From assembly GCF_009914755.1 (NCBI RefSeq), contig NC_060937.1: a DNA stretch of 64,000 bases, one strand, 5' to 3'. The notes under the pieces are model-generated. The model worked only from the letters and a program-made list of their open reading frames with translations. It did no database searches and was not told the DNA's origin. Every line of letters begins with the position of its first letter. Positions within the stretch are counted from its first letter, which is position 1. Positions 32,023-53,734 of the stretch are shown here, piece after piece. Origin of the DNA: the human T2T-CHM13v2.0 reference genome, Homo sapiens. Made by a program: the position numbers and the translations under genes.

Positions 32023-32969
32023 AAAAAAGAACACTACAATAAAAAAATTGTTTAAAAGAAATGTACACCTTTTCCAATAATCCTCTTGCTTTAGATTTTC
32101 CACATAGAAGTCTGAGCAGGCAGAGATGTCCACATGTAGATCCAGAGGTTTGCAGCAGAGACCCTGCCCCTCTTGTTGGGCACCTCTTGTGGGGCTGACC
32201 AAAGCTGTGTCCCAGCAAGTATCAGCTATGCCCTCCAGACACAGGGAGGCCCTACCACAGCAAAGGGTTTGCTCCACAAAGAACACGGCTTATCAGGAGC
32301 TCATGGGCCTCTGTGTCCTCAGTGCTTTCCCCTCAAACATCCAGTTACCACTAATGGCACTGACAAAACACACAAAGGAAGTAGAAACCCTCTGGCCTGG
32401 GTAAAGCAGCATCATTCAATTCTCTGTGAGTTCTTCTAAGTCTCCCTTTGCTTACACAAAAAGAGCTGTACAAAAAGTACAGAAGTGCTTTCAAACATAG
32501 CATGTTCTAGGCATCAGACACATCCATTGTTTTCAATAATGTGTTGGCACGTAGACAGATGGGAAATAATACCTCCCCACCCAAAACACTGGCAACAATC
32601 ACTACCTGGAGCATTCCCCTCAGACTGAGTGTTGTGGAGCACTTTGGCCCTCTAGACACCCATGCACCTATCACAAGCCCTTTTCTCTTAGAATGGCACT
32701 TTCTACCACATGGACTTCCCTCTTCTGCCTTGAGATAGTTGCAGGCATGCTAGCTTCTTTTTAGGCTTGAAGGACTGTGTTCATGTTCAACTCCCCCTAA
32801 CCACCCAGCTCAGGGCAGTCCACCGTCTTTAATTCCTGTTTCTTCTATACTCCTGCAGCTCACCATCTCTTCCTCCTAACACCCTGAATACTCTCAGTGG
32901 GATCCTCCCCATGACTGTTTAACGTAACTGACCTTTCTTAAAATGAACAAGTCATTGTTGTCGGCTTCA

Positions 32970-33338
<369 letters not shown>

Positions 33339-33387
33339 TCAATATAACCGAACAAAGAAACACATCTTCCCAGAATCCTCTAGAACA

Positions 33388-34030
33388 GCAGTTTTCAAAC
33401 ACTGTTTGAAAATGAGGCTGCACATGAGGCTTGCTTGGAAAGCCTTCGACAATCACGATGTCTGGTCTCTTACCCAGACCAACCAAATCAGAGTATCCCA
33501 GGGTAGGTGGCAGGCATCTTTTTTTCTTTTTTCTTTTTTTTTTTTTTTTGAGATGGAATCTCACTCTGTTGCCCAGGCTGGGTACAGTAGCATGATCTCG
33601 GCTCACTGCAACCTCTGCCTCCAGGGTTCAAGTGATTCTCCTGCCTCAGCCTCCTGAGTAGCTGGGGTTACAGGTGCGTGCCACCATGCCCAGCTAATTT
33701 TTGTATTTTTAGTAGAGATGGGGTTTCACCATGTTGGTCAAGCTGGTCTTGAACTCCTGACCTTGTGATCCGCTCGCCTTGGCCTCCCAAGGCATCATTT
33801 TTTTTTAAAAAAAAAAAGCTCCCCAGGTGATCCTAATGTACAGGGAAGTCTGACAACCACTATTCTAGAAGAACAATGCTTCTCAAACTTTAATGGACAT
33901 ATGAATCACCCGAGGACCTTGTTAAAATAGAGCTTCTGACTAGTCGGTCTAGGATGAGGTTTGAGAGTCTGCAGGTCCATCCAGCTCCCAGGTGATGCTC
34001 ATGCTGCCTGCCCATGGACACATTCTCACT
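33388..34030. mobile_element. MER5-family hAT remnants (first copy split by an Alu, second copy adjacent)
   Basis: aagctccccaggtgatcctaatgtacag...acaaccact; gcttctcaaactttaa...gaatcacccgaggaccttgttaaaat...ctcccaggtgatgct. Confidence 0.7.
33519..33790 (-). mobile_element. Alu (5'-truncated, AluS/Y-like)
   Basis: poly-T tail, reverse Alu ending ttggcctcccaa; flanked by aggcatc on both sides. Confidence 0.92.
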
Positions 34031-35153
34031 CAGGCTTTAGAAGACACCAATGAAATAAGGAATGTGGTCTGCAGTTATTGACTGCTGTTACCGGAAGGAT
34101 ATCCTTTTTTTTTTTTCTCCTTTTCTCCAGATACTTTCATACAAGGAAAAAATAAAGAATTTTCAAAAGTGGTTTTCCTTACTCTTTTATAGTTTCTAAT
34201 GACTTTCAGGTATGAAAAAGAAATCCCACAATCTTGCTAACACTATTGTGTTAGTTTTACATGGGAAAAAAAGCCTCGTTCAAATAAATGAAAGGAAGGA
34301 AGTGCTTCAGAAAGGATGCCACATAGGATAAAAATGAGGATTCAAGTCAGGAACAGAAACATAGGCTATAGGAGATTATAGGCTAATTTTATGAGCAGTC
34401 AGACCATGGATAACAAGGGATCTCCTATTAACACCTCCATCTGCTAACAGTCACTCTAGAGCTGCAGGAAGCTATAATGCATAGTGAACAAGAGGCTGGA
34501 AAAACATGTCATCTGAATTCAGGGCTGATTCTAAGGGCCAGGGAGTTCAAGTAAAAAGACACATCACTGGGGTAAGAAAAGAGAAAGTGATTCTGGTGGC
34601 AAGGTAGAGTCATGGTTAAGAGATTTTCCAAACAAATAAATGGATCCGAATTTTATTGTACTTTCAGGTTTAAAAGTATTGGAAATGCATTCTGGAGGAC
34701 AAAACTTTGACATTTCCACATATTTCTGTCCTGTTGTTCCTACAAACACTCTCTGGTTTACAGGAACAACAAGAAAGAATATTTGAAATTGGAACTTCTA
34801 TACAAAATGCAGGTTATTTATTCATTTTATAGTAAGGGGTTGATGGGATGGGAGGGAACAAAATATGGAATAATACTAGTACAACCTAACTGAGAAGTCT
34901 ATCCACAAAAGGTACTATGACCTTTAAACTGGATTTTCAATGGCTAACTTACTCAGAGATATATTTTATCTCAAACTAAATACTTCTTAAAGAACACAAT
35001 GCCAGTTATACAAGGACATTAGACAAACATTTATGCTATATAATGAACTTGCTACCTGGTTATCAGGGCTACTGATAAACACAGTTGCTGGGTATTCTGA
35101 AGGGAGAATACGAGGTCTATACGCAGCATTCCTAAGTTCAACATGGGCGTTCA

Positions 35154-35432
<279 letters not shown>

Positions 35433-35877
35433 TCAGAAAATATTCAAATTAGAAGAGCAAATAATATGTTTTTCAGAACAAGAGGTTTCAGGGCTCTTGG
35501 TGAGGGTTCATTGTCCCGGCTCCCACCGAGCAGCCTCAGCCCCTGGGCTCCAGTAACTACCTTGTCCCTCAGCCATCCTGGAGGACAGAGCTCCCTGCTG
35601 TTGTTAATCTCTGGGGTTCTTCCCATTGCCTATTTGGATTTCCAGCTCTCTAATACCTTTGTAAATAGTTCTCTATATTAAATCCTTCCACTGAGCTACC
35701 CCGTAACTTCACCTTATCTTTCATTTCCTTCAGGAATACTTACTGCATGCGGGGTGCTATTGAGTCCAAGGAGAAACAAATCACGCTGGCCGCAAGGCTG
35801 TCCTCAAGGAGCTCCTAATCAATCAAGAAGGGCTCTTCAAATACAAACTGGCACACTAATGGTTTATTCCAAATTAA

Positions 35878-36065
35878 AGTTGCCAGGTAAAATACAGGAC
35901 ATCCAGTTAAATTTGATTCTCAGACAAACAACAAATAATTTTTACTATACATATGTCATGAATATTGAGCTGGACATGTTTATACTAAAAAACCATTCAT
36001 TGTTTATGAAAAATTAAAATTTAAGTAGATGTCCTATATTTTTATTTGCTAAGTCTGATACCCTA
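35878..36065. mobile_element. MER53-like palindromic hAT MITE
   Basis: gttgccaggtaaaatacaggacatccagttaaatttg...aaatttaagtagatgtcctatat...tctgatacccta; long imperfect self-complementarity. Confidence 0.75.
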
Positions 36066-37387
36066 AATACCTCTTCGGCTAAATAAAATTCTCATAATCC
36101 TGCCCAATTAAAAAAATCACTATTCTTTTCTTTCTAGGTTTATTTAATCAAATCCAATTATTCTGTAATATGTAAGTTCAGTGCTAATTTCTTTTTACCA
36201 CTAATAACCTGATTGCACGGTTGAAAGACTTTAAACATCACACAAAAACAGGCAGATGTTTACCTTATACTATATTTCTTACCTATTGCGTACAGGATTT
36301 ACTGTTCTATTGTGTTTTCCTTATTGATTTTTGTTTTAAAGAAACTCCTTCCTGAAACTTGATACAAAAGACAAAGCACAAAATGGGGCCAGGCCACTCC
36401 ACATGAATGCCCACTCCCTTCAGCAGTAGGTGTGTGCTGTGGGCACAGAGGGGAGGCAGCAAAGACTCACAGCTGAGTGAACTTTTCAAGGACACAAACT
36501 TTATCTCAGTGACCACAGGAAATGATATGGGAAACCAAAGTTCAGCCATCCCTGAGCACTGAGCTGCCAGTGGGCTTGCCCACGCCACTGAAAGCAGCTC
36601 TTCTTAGTGTTGGGCCCGCTGCTCCCTACAGTACCGAGCTCCAGCCAAAAGGCTGAGGAAGCCAGCCATGTCCTGGTCCAGTCCACAGAGACACGCACGG
36701 GCAGGGCCCATGTCTGGGACCTAATCGGTTACAACACACCACCCACACAGCTGCCCCTCACAACATGTGCCCCTTCCCTCCTTATCTTCAGCATTTCTCT
36801 CAACCATCTCCACTCACCTATCATCCTCTTTATCCCTAATCTAAGCTACTAGTGGTCTCCACCCTTACCAGCAGCCAAGCTGGGCTCCCACCTTCCCAGG
36901 GTCCTGAAGCAGCTGCCGAGGCCTCCAATGGCCTCCCCTAGTTAACCCGCGAAGATACGATTCAGACCTTGGCCTCTGCGGCTCGCATTATGTCCAGGGT
37001 GACTAGGAGACCCCTCCTCCTCCCTCTAATTCTTTCCCATCTCACAATCACTCTTTCTAGGTCTCTGTCATCTTCCCACACTCTGCATTTCCGGCCCCAC
37101 ACTCTCCCTCAAAATTCAAGGCCCTTCTATCCCACTGTCCTCCAGCATCTCAGCTAAAGGCTCATCCCAGTTACCCCTTTCCTCCATGGCCCTCCCCATC
37201 ACACACCCCTCTTGGTGACCCCAAGCTTGGTGGAGCTGCCCTCCTGAATGTCTTTCAAACCCACCTCTTTCTCACCCGGCCTCCTACGTGGTCTCATTGC
37301 CTCCATGGACACTGTACTGTGACACCACACCAGTCTTCTAAAATATAATCTGACTTCGTGCTTCCTCTGATTAAAACCCATGATGGT

Positions 37388-37695
37388 GGCTGAGCATAGT
37401 GGCTCACGCCTGCAATCCCAGCACTTTGGGAGGCTGAGGCGGGAGGATTGCTAGAGGCCAAGAGTTCAAGACCAGCCTGGGAAACACAGCAACACTCCGT
37501 CTCTACAAAAAAATAAAAATAAAAAATGAGCCCGGTGTGGTGGTGCACACCTGTAGTCCCAGCTACTCAGGAGGCTGAGGTGCGAGGATCACCTGAGCCC
37601 AAAGGTTCAAGGATGCAGTGACCTATGATCATGTCACTATCCTCCATCTTGGACAACAGGGCAAGACCGTGTCCCTAAAAAAATTAAAAAATTTT
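37388..37695 (+). mobile_element. Alu (AluJ-like)
   Basis: Diverged dimeric Alu with A-rich linker and tail. Confidence 0.9.
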
Positions 37696-37996
37696 TTAAT
37701 TAAAAAATATAAAAGCCTGGTGGCTCCCTCACCTTTACCTCTTCTCTTATATTCATCAAACAGGGAGAAAAAAATCATTTATAAATCCTTTCCTTAACTC
37801 TCATTTTTACCAGCATGGTCTCTAGGTGATGAGACTAAGGTTCTGTTGTTTAGCAGTAAAATCTTTTGAGAAGGTGATAATAGTTCTCTTGGTAAGAAAA
37901 GGGCCTGGATGGTCCCACAGTGCTCTATTTCAGGATACAGAATCAGAATTCTCTCCAGAAAAGAAGCCCAAATCCAAGGAGGTTCGCATTCAAGTC

Positions 37997-38389
37997 AGCC
38001 ATGGTTTGACTGTGTCCCCCAAATTTCATGTGTTGGAAACATAATCCCCAATGTGGCAGTGTTAAAAGGTGAGGGCTTTAAGAAGTGACTGGATCATGAG
38101 GGTTCTACCCTCATGAATGGAATCCACTCATGGATTAATGGGTTATCACAGGTGTGGCATCGAGGCTTTCTAAAAAGAGGAAGAGCCACCTAAGCAACCA
38201 CGTGAGCATGCTCAGCACCCCTGCCATGTGATGCCCTGTGGCACCGGAGTCCCCACTGGCAGAAGGCTCTCACCAGATGTGGCCCTCAACCTTAGACTTC
38301 TCAGTAACTATAAGAAACAAATTCCATATCTTTATAAATTACCCAAATTCAGCCATTCTGTTATAAGCAACACAAAACAGACTAATACA
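37997..38389 (+). mobile_element. MaLR solo LTR (MST-like)
   Basis: gccatggtttgactgtgtcccccaaatttcatgtgttggaaac...cattctgttataagcaacacaaaacagactaataca; 5-bp TSD-like aagtc/aaatc. Confidence 0.85.
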
Positions 38390-38599
38390 AAATCCCAACT
38401 ACATGAAAAGCAAAATCTAGACACTTGGAGATTATATTTCCTCTATCTTAACAAATTTAACATGCAAGGAAAGTTTGCAGGATTTTGTTCCACTGTTGAC
38501 ATGGGAGGCAGGGAGCAGGGCTCACCTATACCACCATCCAGGAGCTATAAGACACAAAGAGAAAAGGAGACAAGCTCAGGACATGCCTCAAACACACTA

Positions 38600-39838
<1,239 letters not shown>

Positions 39839-41191
39839 CTAAAAAGAAAAGAAATAACATTTTTTAACCTTGAAACCAAATATTTTCTACAACATCCCAG
39901 CTTCTCTGGCACTGAGAAAATGGAAAACAATGCCACTGGTGTCAAAATATCCCAAGGGTAGAAGAACATAACATACACAGAAAGCAAGCTAAAGGCAGCA
40001 TCTACAAAATGAAAGAGCTCTGACATTCTTCTCTGACAGAAGCTAACTGTCTGTCCTCCTTAGTGAAATGTCGTTCTCACACAACAGACGTGGAGGATTC
40101 TGAGGGAAAGAAGGAAAGCACGACACAGCTTTACATATGGAATGCAGCACGGCTGGCCTGCAGCAGAGGCAGAGGGCACAGCGGCTCACGGTGGGAAGGC
40201 ACAGGTATCCCAAAAGAGGTCCCCACCTCTGGCTGATACCTCCCCACAGAACTTAGTCCTTTCAGCTCAAACTTTGGGGGTCCTGCTGAAATACAAACCC
40301 CAGAATAGTCAACACCTTACTTCTATATCTCTTTCTAGGGGTGTCTGTCTGATTATCTTAGCAGAGGTTAAATGTGCTTAACACCCTTCAGGTACACGCT
40401 CCAAATGCAGACTTCCCAGGACCATAGGGTCGGAATCCAAAGGTGGGCCACATGCCTGTGAAAAAGCTTTGGAGGTATGCTCCCTGGGCGAGGTTTAATG
40501 AGCACCTGTGGCTGAGCCGAGGGGCGGGAGGGGAAAGGCTGGAAGAACAGAAAGTTGAGTTTCACAAGGAATTTCATAGTTCTGCCTGTGACTCAGTGTC
40601 ACCGCCCTCCTGGGTGTTCAGGAGAGCTGTAGTCATTACCTGAAATTTCAGGTACATCACTTAATTAAAGAACCTGTTTTCTTAACACAACACAGTACAA
40701 GTGTTATTCCCTGGTTTCTACACAGGATGATGTAGTCTCAGTCATTCTATTAACAAGCAAAATCTTCCTTTCACAGGCTCCCAGCCTACAGCTGTCTTAA
40801 CTAGATATACTTTTTACACCAGAACTTCCATGTGCTTCAGAAATTTGGGAACAGGCCTTTATACATGATACATCATAAAAAAGCACATTTCTCTCTACTT
40901 GTACACAATCCTGCTTGTCTTCAGATGAATCTCCTTTACATGGAATGATCTTCTCCTTTTTCCTGTGCATAAAATGCAGACCTTGCCAACCGGCTTTTGA
41001 GCAGCTTAACAACACAAATGTTTAAATAACTTGTAAAATGCAGACTATATAAATGTTGATTTCTATATCCACAAAGGTTTGGGATTAATAATTACATAGA
41101 ATTTTAAATATTCACTGTAGCATTTCCTAAGAGAAAAAAGGGAATAATTAAGTAATTTGGGGGACAGCAGTTCAAAAGATATTGCTGAATC

Positions 41192-42568
41192 CAGTAAATA
41201 CATGAATGTTTAATGATGTTAAGGATGGTGATACATTCTGAGAAATGAGTCATCATTGTGACTTCATCGTTGTGTGACCATCATAGAGTCACTTACACAC
41301 ACCTAGCTGATGTAGCCTACCAAACACCTGAGCTGTATGGTGTAGCCTGTTGCTCCTAGGCCACACACCTGTACAGCATGTTACTGTACTGAATACTGTA
41401 GGCAATTGTAACACAATGGTAAGTACTTGTGTATCTAAACATATCTGAACATAGAAAAGGTACAGTAAAAACACAATATAAAAGATTAAAAAATGGTGCA
41501 CCTGTATGGGGCACTTATCATGAATGGAGCTTGCAGGACTGGAAGTTGCTCTGGGTGAGTCGGTGAATGAGTGTTGAGTAGATGTGAAGACTTAGGACAC
41601 TGCACTACTGTCGATTTTATAAACACTGTAAACTTAGGCTACACTAAATTTATAAAAAATAGTTTTATTTCTTCAACAATAAATCAACATAGCCAGACAG
41701 TGGCTCATTGTAATCTCAATGCTTTGGGAGGCCGAGGCAGGAGGACTGCTTGAGCCCAGGAGTTCAAGGTTACAGTGAGCTATGATTGCACCACTGTACT
41801 CTAGCCTGGGAGACAAAACAAGACCCTGTCTCTGAAACAATAATAATAATTTATTAATTAACCTCAGCTTGCTGTAACTTTTTTACTTCATAAACGTTTA
41901 ATTTTTTTTTTTTTTTACTTTCGACTCTTTTGTAATAACACTTAGCTTAAAGCACAAACACACTGGACAGCTTTATCAAATATTTTCTTTATATACTTAT
42001 CCTATAAGCTTTTAAAATTTTTTTATTTTTAAACTGTTTAAGCATTTTTGTTAAAAACTAAGACACAAACACATACATTAGCCTCGGCCTACACATGGTC
42101 AGGATCATCAGTATAACTGTCTTCCATCTCTACATCTTCTCCCACTGGAAGGTCTTCAGGTGCGATAACAGGCATGGAGCTGTCATCTCCTATAATAACA
42201 ATGCCTTCTTCTGGATACCTCCTAGGACCTGCCTGAGGCTACTTTACAGTTAACTTTTTCTTTTTATAAGTAGAAGGAGTACACTCTAAAATAACAATAG
42301 AGTATAGTAAATACATAAACCAGTAACATAGTCATTTATTATCGAGTATTATGTACTGTACAGAATTGTATGTGCTCTATTTTTATATGACTGGCAGTAC
42401 AGTAAGTTGGTTTACACCAGCTCACCAAAAATACATGAGTAATGCATTACTATGACATTACAACAGCTGCGAGATCACTAGGCAATAGGAATTTTTCAGT
42501 TTCATTGTAATATCATGGGACCAGTGTCATATGTGCAGTCCATCATTGACTAAAGCATCATGACTGTA
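41192..42568 (+). mobile_element. Tigger3/GOLEM-like TcMar DNA transposon with nested Alu monomer (~41691-41850)
   Basis: gatacattctgagaaatg...ttgctcctaggccacacacctgtacagcatgttactgtactgaatactgtaggcaattgtaacacaatgg...catgactgta. Confidence 0.8.
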
Positions 42569-43428
42569 TAGTAAGGATGACATGGTATAACAATATTAAC
42601 AGACAAATGACTAGCCACCTCGGACACCTACCTGGAAACGTCTACGTCAAAAGACATTTCAGGCAGATCAAAGATTAACATGTAAAAAAGAAATAACAAA
42701 AACACTAGAAGAAAACACAGGAGAATATCTACAATAATCTTAAAGTGAGAAAAGCCTAAATATGACCAACAAACCAGAACAAAACCAAGAAAATCCAAAA
42801 GCTATAAAAGATTTGACATAACTAAACACAATAAGGACAAAAAATTATTCAAATGAAGTCAAAAGATAAAAAACTGGGGGAAAAAAGATTTGCTTCACAT
42901 AGCATACATTAAGAGTTAATTTCTTTAAATACAGAGAGTTCCTCCAAAAAAGAAAAAGGCCAACAATCCAAACAAAAAAGAAGACAGTTCATCAAAAAAG
43001 AAATGCATATGGTTTTTAAAATACATGGGAAAATATTAAAAAGAAATGTAACATTCCAACCACACTGGCACAGTCTTCCTACATTGCTAGTGGGAGTGTA
43101 ACCTCTCTGGAGGGCAATTTGCAATACCTATTAAAATTACAAATTTACGTACTCTTTTACTCAGCAACTCTACTTCTAAGAATTTACCCAATAAATATAT
43201 TTGTTCATGTGCAAAACAAAGCATGCCATGGAGATATTAAATGCTGAGAAAGATTAGAAACATCAATGTCCATCAATAAGAGGCTAGTTAATTACTGTAC
43301 AGCCATAAATGGAATATTATTCAGCTCTTAAAATGAATGATGTGACTCTGTATGTAATGAAATAAGCTGATATCTAATATACTGCTCAGCAACAAAAGCA
43401 AGGCACAGAAAATATCATATATATAGCA

Positions 43429-43940
43429 TGTGTTTGTTATCTGTTGCTACATGACAAACCAACTTTAGTACATTACTAGCAACAGCTCACAATTTTTCAA
43501 TTCGGACAGGGCTTGGCAGGGAAAGCTTGTCTCTTCTCCACATAGCACCACTGGGGGTGGCCTGAATGGGGCTGGCAGTTCCACTTCCAAGAAGATAGTT
43601 CATTCATCACATGGCTGCCAAGTGGATGCTTGCTGCCGGCTAGGGGCTCAGATGAGGCTGTTGGCAGGGACCCGGTTCTCTTCCATGTGGCTTCTCTTTA
43701 TGACTAGGTGGGGACCTCACAGCTGGGGGCTTCTGGGTACTGAGAGGGAGTGTCACAATAGCAAGCACTCCTCTAGAACACATTTCAAAGTGCAAGCTCT
43801 TATCAAACCTCTGCTTGCATCACACTTGCTAACACCCATTGGCCAAAACCAGTCACACGGCCAAGCACAGTCAATATGGGCAGGAATTACACGGAGCTTG
43901 AATACAAGGGTGTGTAGTTCACTGAGAGGGCTACAATTCT
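43429..43940 (-). mobile_element. MLT1-type MaLR LTR embedded in old L1M remnants (~42600-44150)
   Basis: ctgcttgcatcacacttgctaacacccattggccaaaaccagtcacacggccaagc motif; flanks A-rich L1 3'-like. Confidence 0.6.
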
Positions 43941-44685
43941 GTCATGGTGCTAGGACTACCTGTGTGAAACAAGAGAATATCATACAAATGGATGCTTGTA
44001 TAGGCATGGATTATCTCTGGGACAGTGCAAAAGCTAGTACAGAATTTGAGGAAGATTAGGCAGCTGAAGGGGACCAGGTGGCTGGGATACAGAGAATTAC
44101 TTTCACTATATAATTTAACTGTACAATACACACATTACCAAAATCTAAAAATTAATTTAAAATTAAAATAACATGAGCACAAAGAAGACTCAGAACAGTG
44201 ACTTGATTGTAGTTGGTGTTAATTAAATACTTCTTTAATTAAAAAAGAACCAAGGATAAAAGAAAAACTAAGAAGATATTCAAAGACATTCATTTTCATA
44301 TAGTACCTTATTAGGCAAAAACCTCTTCCTCATAATAAGAAAGACATAACCCTCAACCATCTAGTTTGTTGGAAAAACAAATCCCTCATGATAACCCAGT
44401 TTACATTTTTTGGTCCTCGCTCCAACTACAACTTTACAAACCCCAAACCATAACAGCAGCCCTTAATTTCTAGAATGTTGATTCTATGTTTCTGCCAAAA
44501 GGGTTTGCAGTAGTACTGAAAGCAATTTCTTATTATCAAACACTACTCAGAGGCCCCCCTTTCTAGACAGGCAGGTTTTTAAGGCCAAGCAGTTACAGAA
44601 GACAAAGCCTTGCAAATAACATATCTCTACAAAACACTAAAGTATCTGTTGGTCTAGGAACAACCTCATTAAACAACTGGTAGTG

Positions 44686-47190
44686 TTTGGATAGTTTTAA
44701 GTGTAGACACAGGGCATATGCATGCTTTTAATTCAGTTCTTCAATTAAGATGATCCTTGGGGGAAAAAACTCTCCTGATGAGTTTTAAAAAACAAACACA
44801 GGTTTAGATTTAAGGGCCCATCAAAGAGTCACAGAAATGGAGAGCAGGCCAAGGTTCCACATGGATATCCCAGAAAGCCTTGTGAAAGCCCTAGTTTATC
44901 TAATTCCCACTAGATTCTGCACTCCTTACGGACAGACATTTGGGACATTTTCTGCAGACCCAACACCAGGCTTTAGAATGACTTTTTCTAGCTTTTGAAT
45001 TTTTGATAAATGATGGTAGACGTCAGGATGAGAAAGGACTGGAAGCAGAGGAGGCCACAGAAGGGAGTCCAAAAGTGAATTTCAATTCTCTGCTACCTCT
45101 CTAGGTACCCAAGTCACACGAAATTTGCTGAGAGTGCCAGGGCTTTTAAAATAAAATATAGGTTAAAAAAATAACTACTGATTCACCAAGATGAAGCCAG
45201 AAAGGAAAACAAAATCTCTGGATAAGCCATTCTGATATGAAGAAATCAGAAACTGGGTGGCATGTTTTCATGAAGGCTTTCAAAGCCAATCTGATAGTGA
45301 AAAAGCAGAAACAACATGCTTTGTTAGAAAGTGGCTGTGATCACAAATCAAAAAATACTAACTCATGTACAAGTGAAGGACCACTGGCCACTTTGGAGGT
45401 CTCTTGATCACTCTTGGATTCCCATCAACCTTAAATAGGATACCAGTCAGTCCCCTGCTGCCTATCCTCAAGAATTCTTTCACTTTGAAGGATGTATAAC
45501 ACCCATAACAACTTATGAGGCAAACATGTTATACATGAAGGCAACTTTTCCAATATATCACCTCCCCCCATACAACTTAACACATCTGAACTTTCATGGG
45601 ATTCAAAATACAAAAAAGTCCGGATTCTTTCATATGCACGCAGATCCAATAATAACAAATAATTAATGATTCTGAGTGTTATTTTATGAGGATGGCATTT
45701 TATATCCCTCATGCTTAGGGCAATTCTAGAAGGAGATATTATCACCATTTCACTGTTGAAACTGACTCAGAAGCTTATCCAAGAGCACAAATCAACATTA
45801 AGTAACAGAGCTGGGATTTAAACGCTGCTGAGAAATCCGAGAGGCTCTGTATTTTTTAAAAACAACTTTTAGAGTAACCTTTTCTTTTCAGCCATGTTAA
45901 TTATAGGAAGAGACTACAATGCAGAAAAGTGAAATGAAAATAAACAGCCATACCTGCAAGCAGCAAGCCAGGCTAACACACAAGAGAGCTGAGCTGCCTG
46001 AGCCCTGGCTTCACCCACTAGTATCTGTCACCTCAGGAAAACTACAGCAAAATATCCACACTCGCTCCACTTTCCTCAATATCCCTAATCAAGGCAACCA
46101 CACTTACAGGAGAAGGCACACAAGACACAAGTCAGAGAAGACAACAGCTCTGGACCACGTACATCCTGAATATCTGGAATGAGTACTGCCTTGCTCGGCC
46201 TTATCTAAGAATTCTCTGGATGCCACAAATTCACAGGGGAGGGCACAGGTCAAAAATGATGCCTGACTCAAGAAAGGATCTCACCCAAACCATCCCAGGC
46301 ATCCAGGCCAGTGGGGGTTGGTCTCTAAAACCCCCACTGAGGAAGAATCAATGTCCCATATTAACCTCTATGAACATTAAGTATACAGGGGGATAAACGT
46401 AAATATCAGTAGAGAAAATTCAGGTTATCTTTTGGTGAGTTATGAAATACTGATTTTTAAAAATATCTGTACATAGTTCCAATTTTTCAAACTTAAATTA
46501 AAAAAACAAGTGTTACTTTCACAAGCAGAAAATAAATGTGATTTTCCCGTTTGTCTAAGGCAAGCCTGTCCAACCCATGGCCTGCAAGCCACATGCAGCC
46601 CAGGATGGCTTTGAATACGGCCCAACACAAATTTGTAAACTTTCTTAAAACATAATGAGATTTTTTTGGGTGTGAATTTTTTTTTTTTTTTTTTAGCTCA
46701 TCATCTATTATTAGTGTTAGCGTATTTTATGTGTGGCCGAAGACACATTCTTCTTCTAATGTGGCCCAGGAAAGTCAAAAGTTTGGACACCCCTGCTCTA
46801 AGGCAAGGAAGAAAATGTTTTGTTAAACCATTCTAATTTGGGCAACAATATTATTGACTGTGATAAAGATAACAACAATGATGAATTGATGACACTTTTG
46901 TAAATTGCTTTATAGTTCAAAGAGCATTTTCACATATATTTGTTTAAATATCTGTCTTTCCTACTTCTGAATTTCTTGAGGGTATGTCTGAGAGTTTTAA
47001 GTATGAATTCCAGCATTATCTGAGCAAATCCAGGCCTCAGTTTCCTTTAGGTATAAAGGTTTGTGTTTTGGATAGTTTTAAGTGTAGACACAGGGCACAT
47101 GTATGCTTTTAATTCAGTTCTTCAATTAAGATGATCTTTGGAGGAAAAAACTCTCCTGATGAGTTTTAAAAAACAAACACAGGTTTAGAT
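44686..47190. repeat. 124-bp dispersed duplication (44686-44809 and 47067-47190)
   Basis: tttggatagttttaagtgtagacacaggg...aaacaaacacaggtttagat in both; 4 mismatches by eye. Confidence 0.95.
46561..46795. mobile_element. MER30 hAT MITE
   Basis: caagcctgtccaaccc...ttggacacccctg; 8-bp TSD gtctaagg/ctctaagg. Confidence 0.85.
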
Positions 47191-47293
47191 ACAAGAAAGC
47201 TCCGGCTGGCATCTGGCGGGAGTAATAATAATGGCCATCTTACAGTTGTACAGGAAGGCTTGAGAGCTAATGGGCCCTAAAAGACTAACATCA

Positions 47294-53734
<6,441 letters not shown>

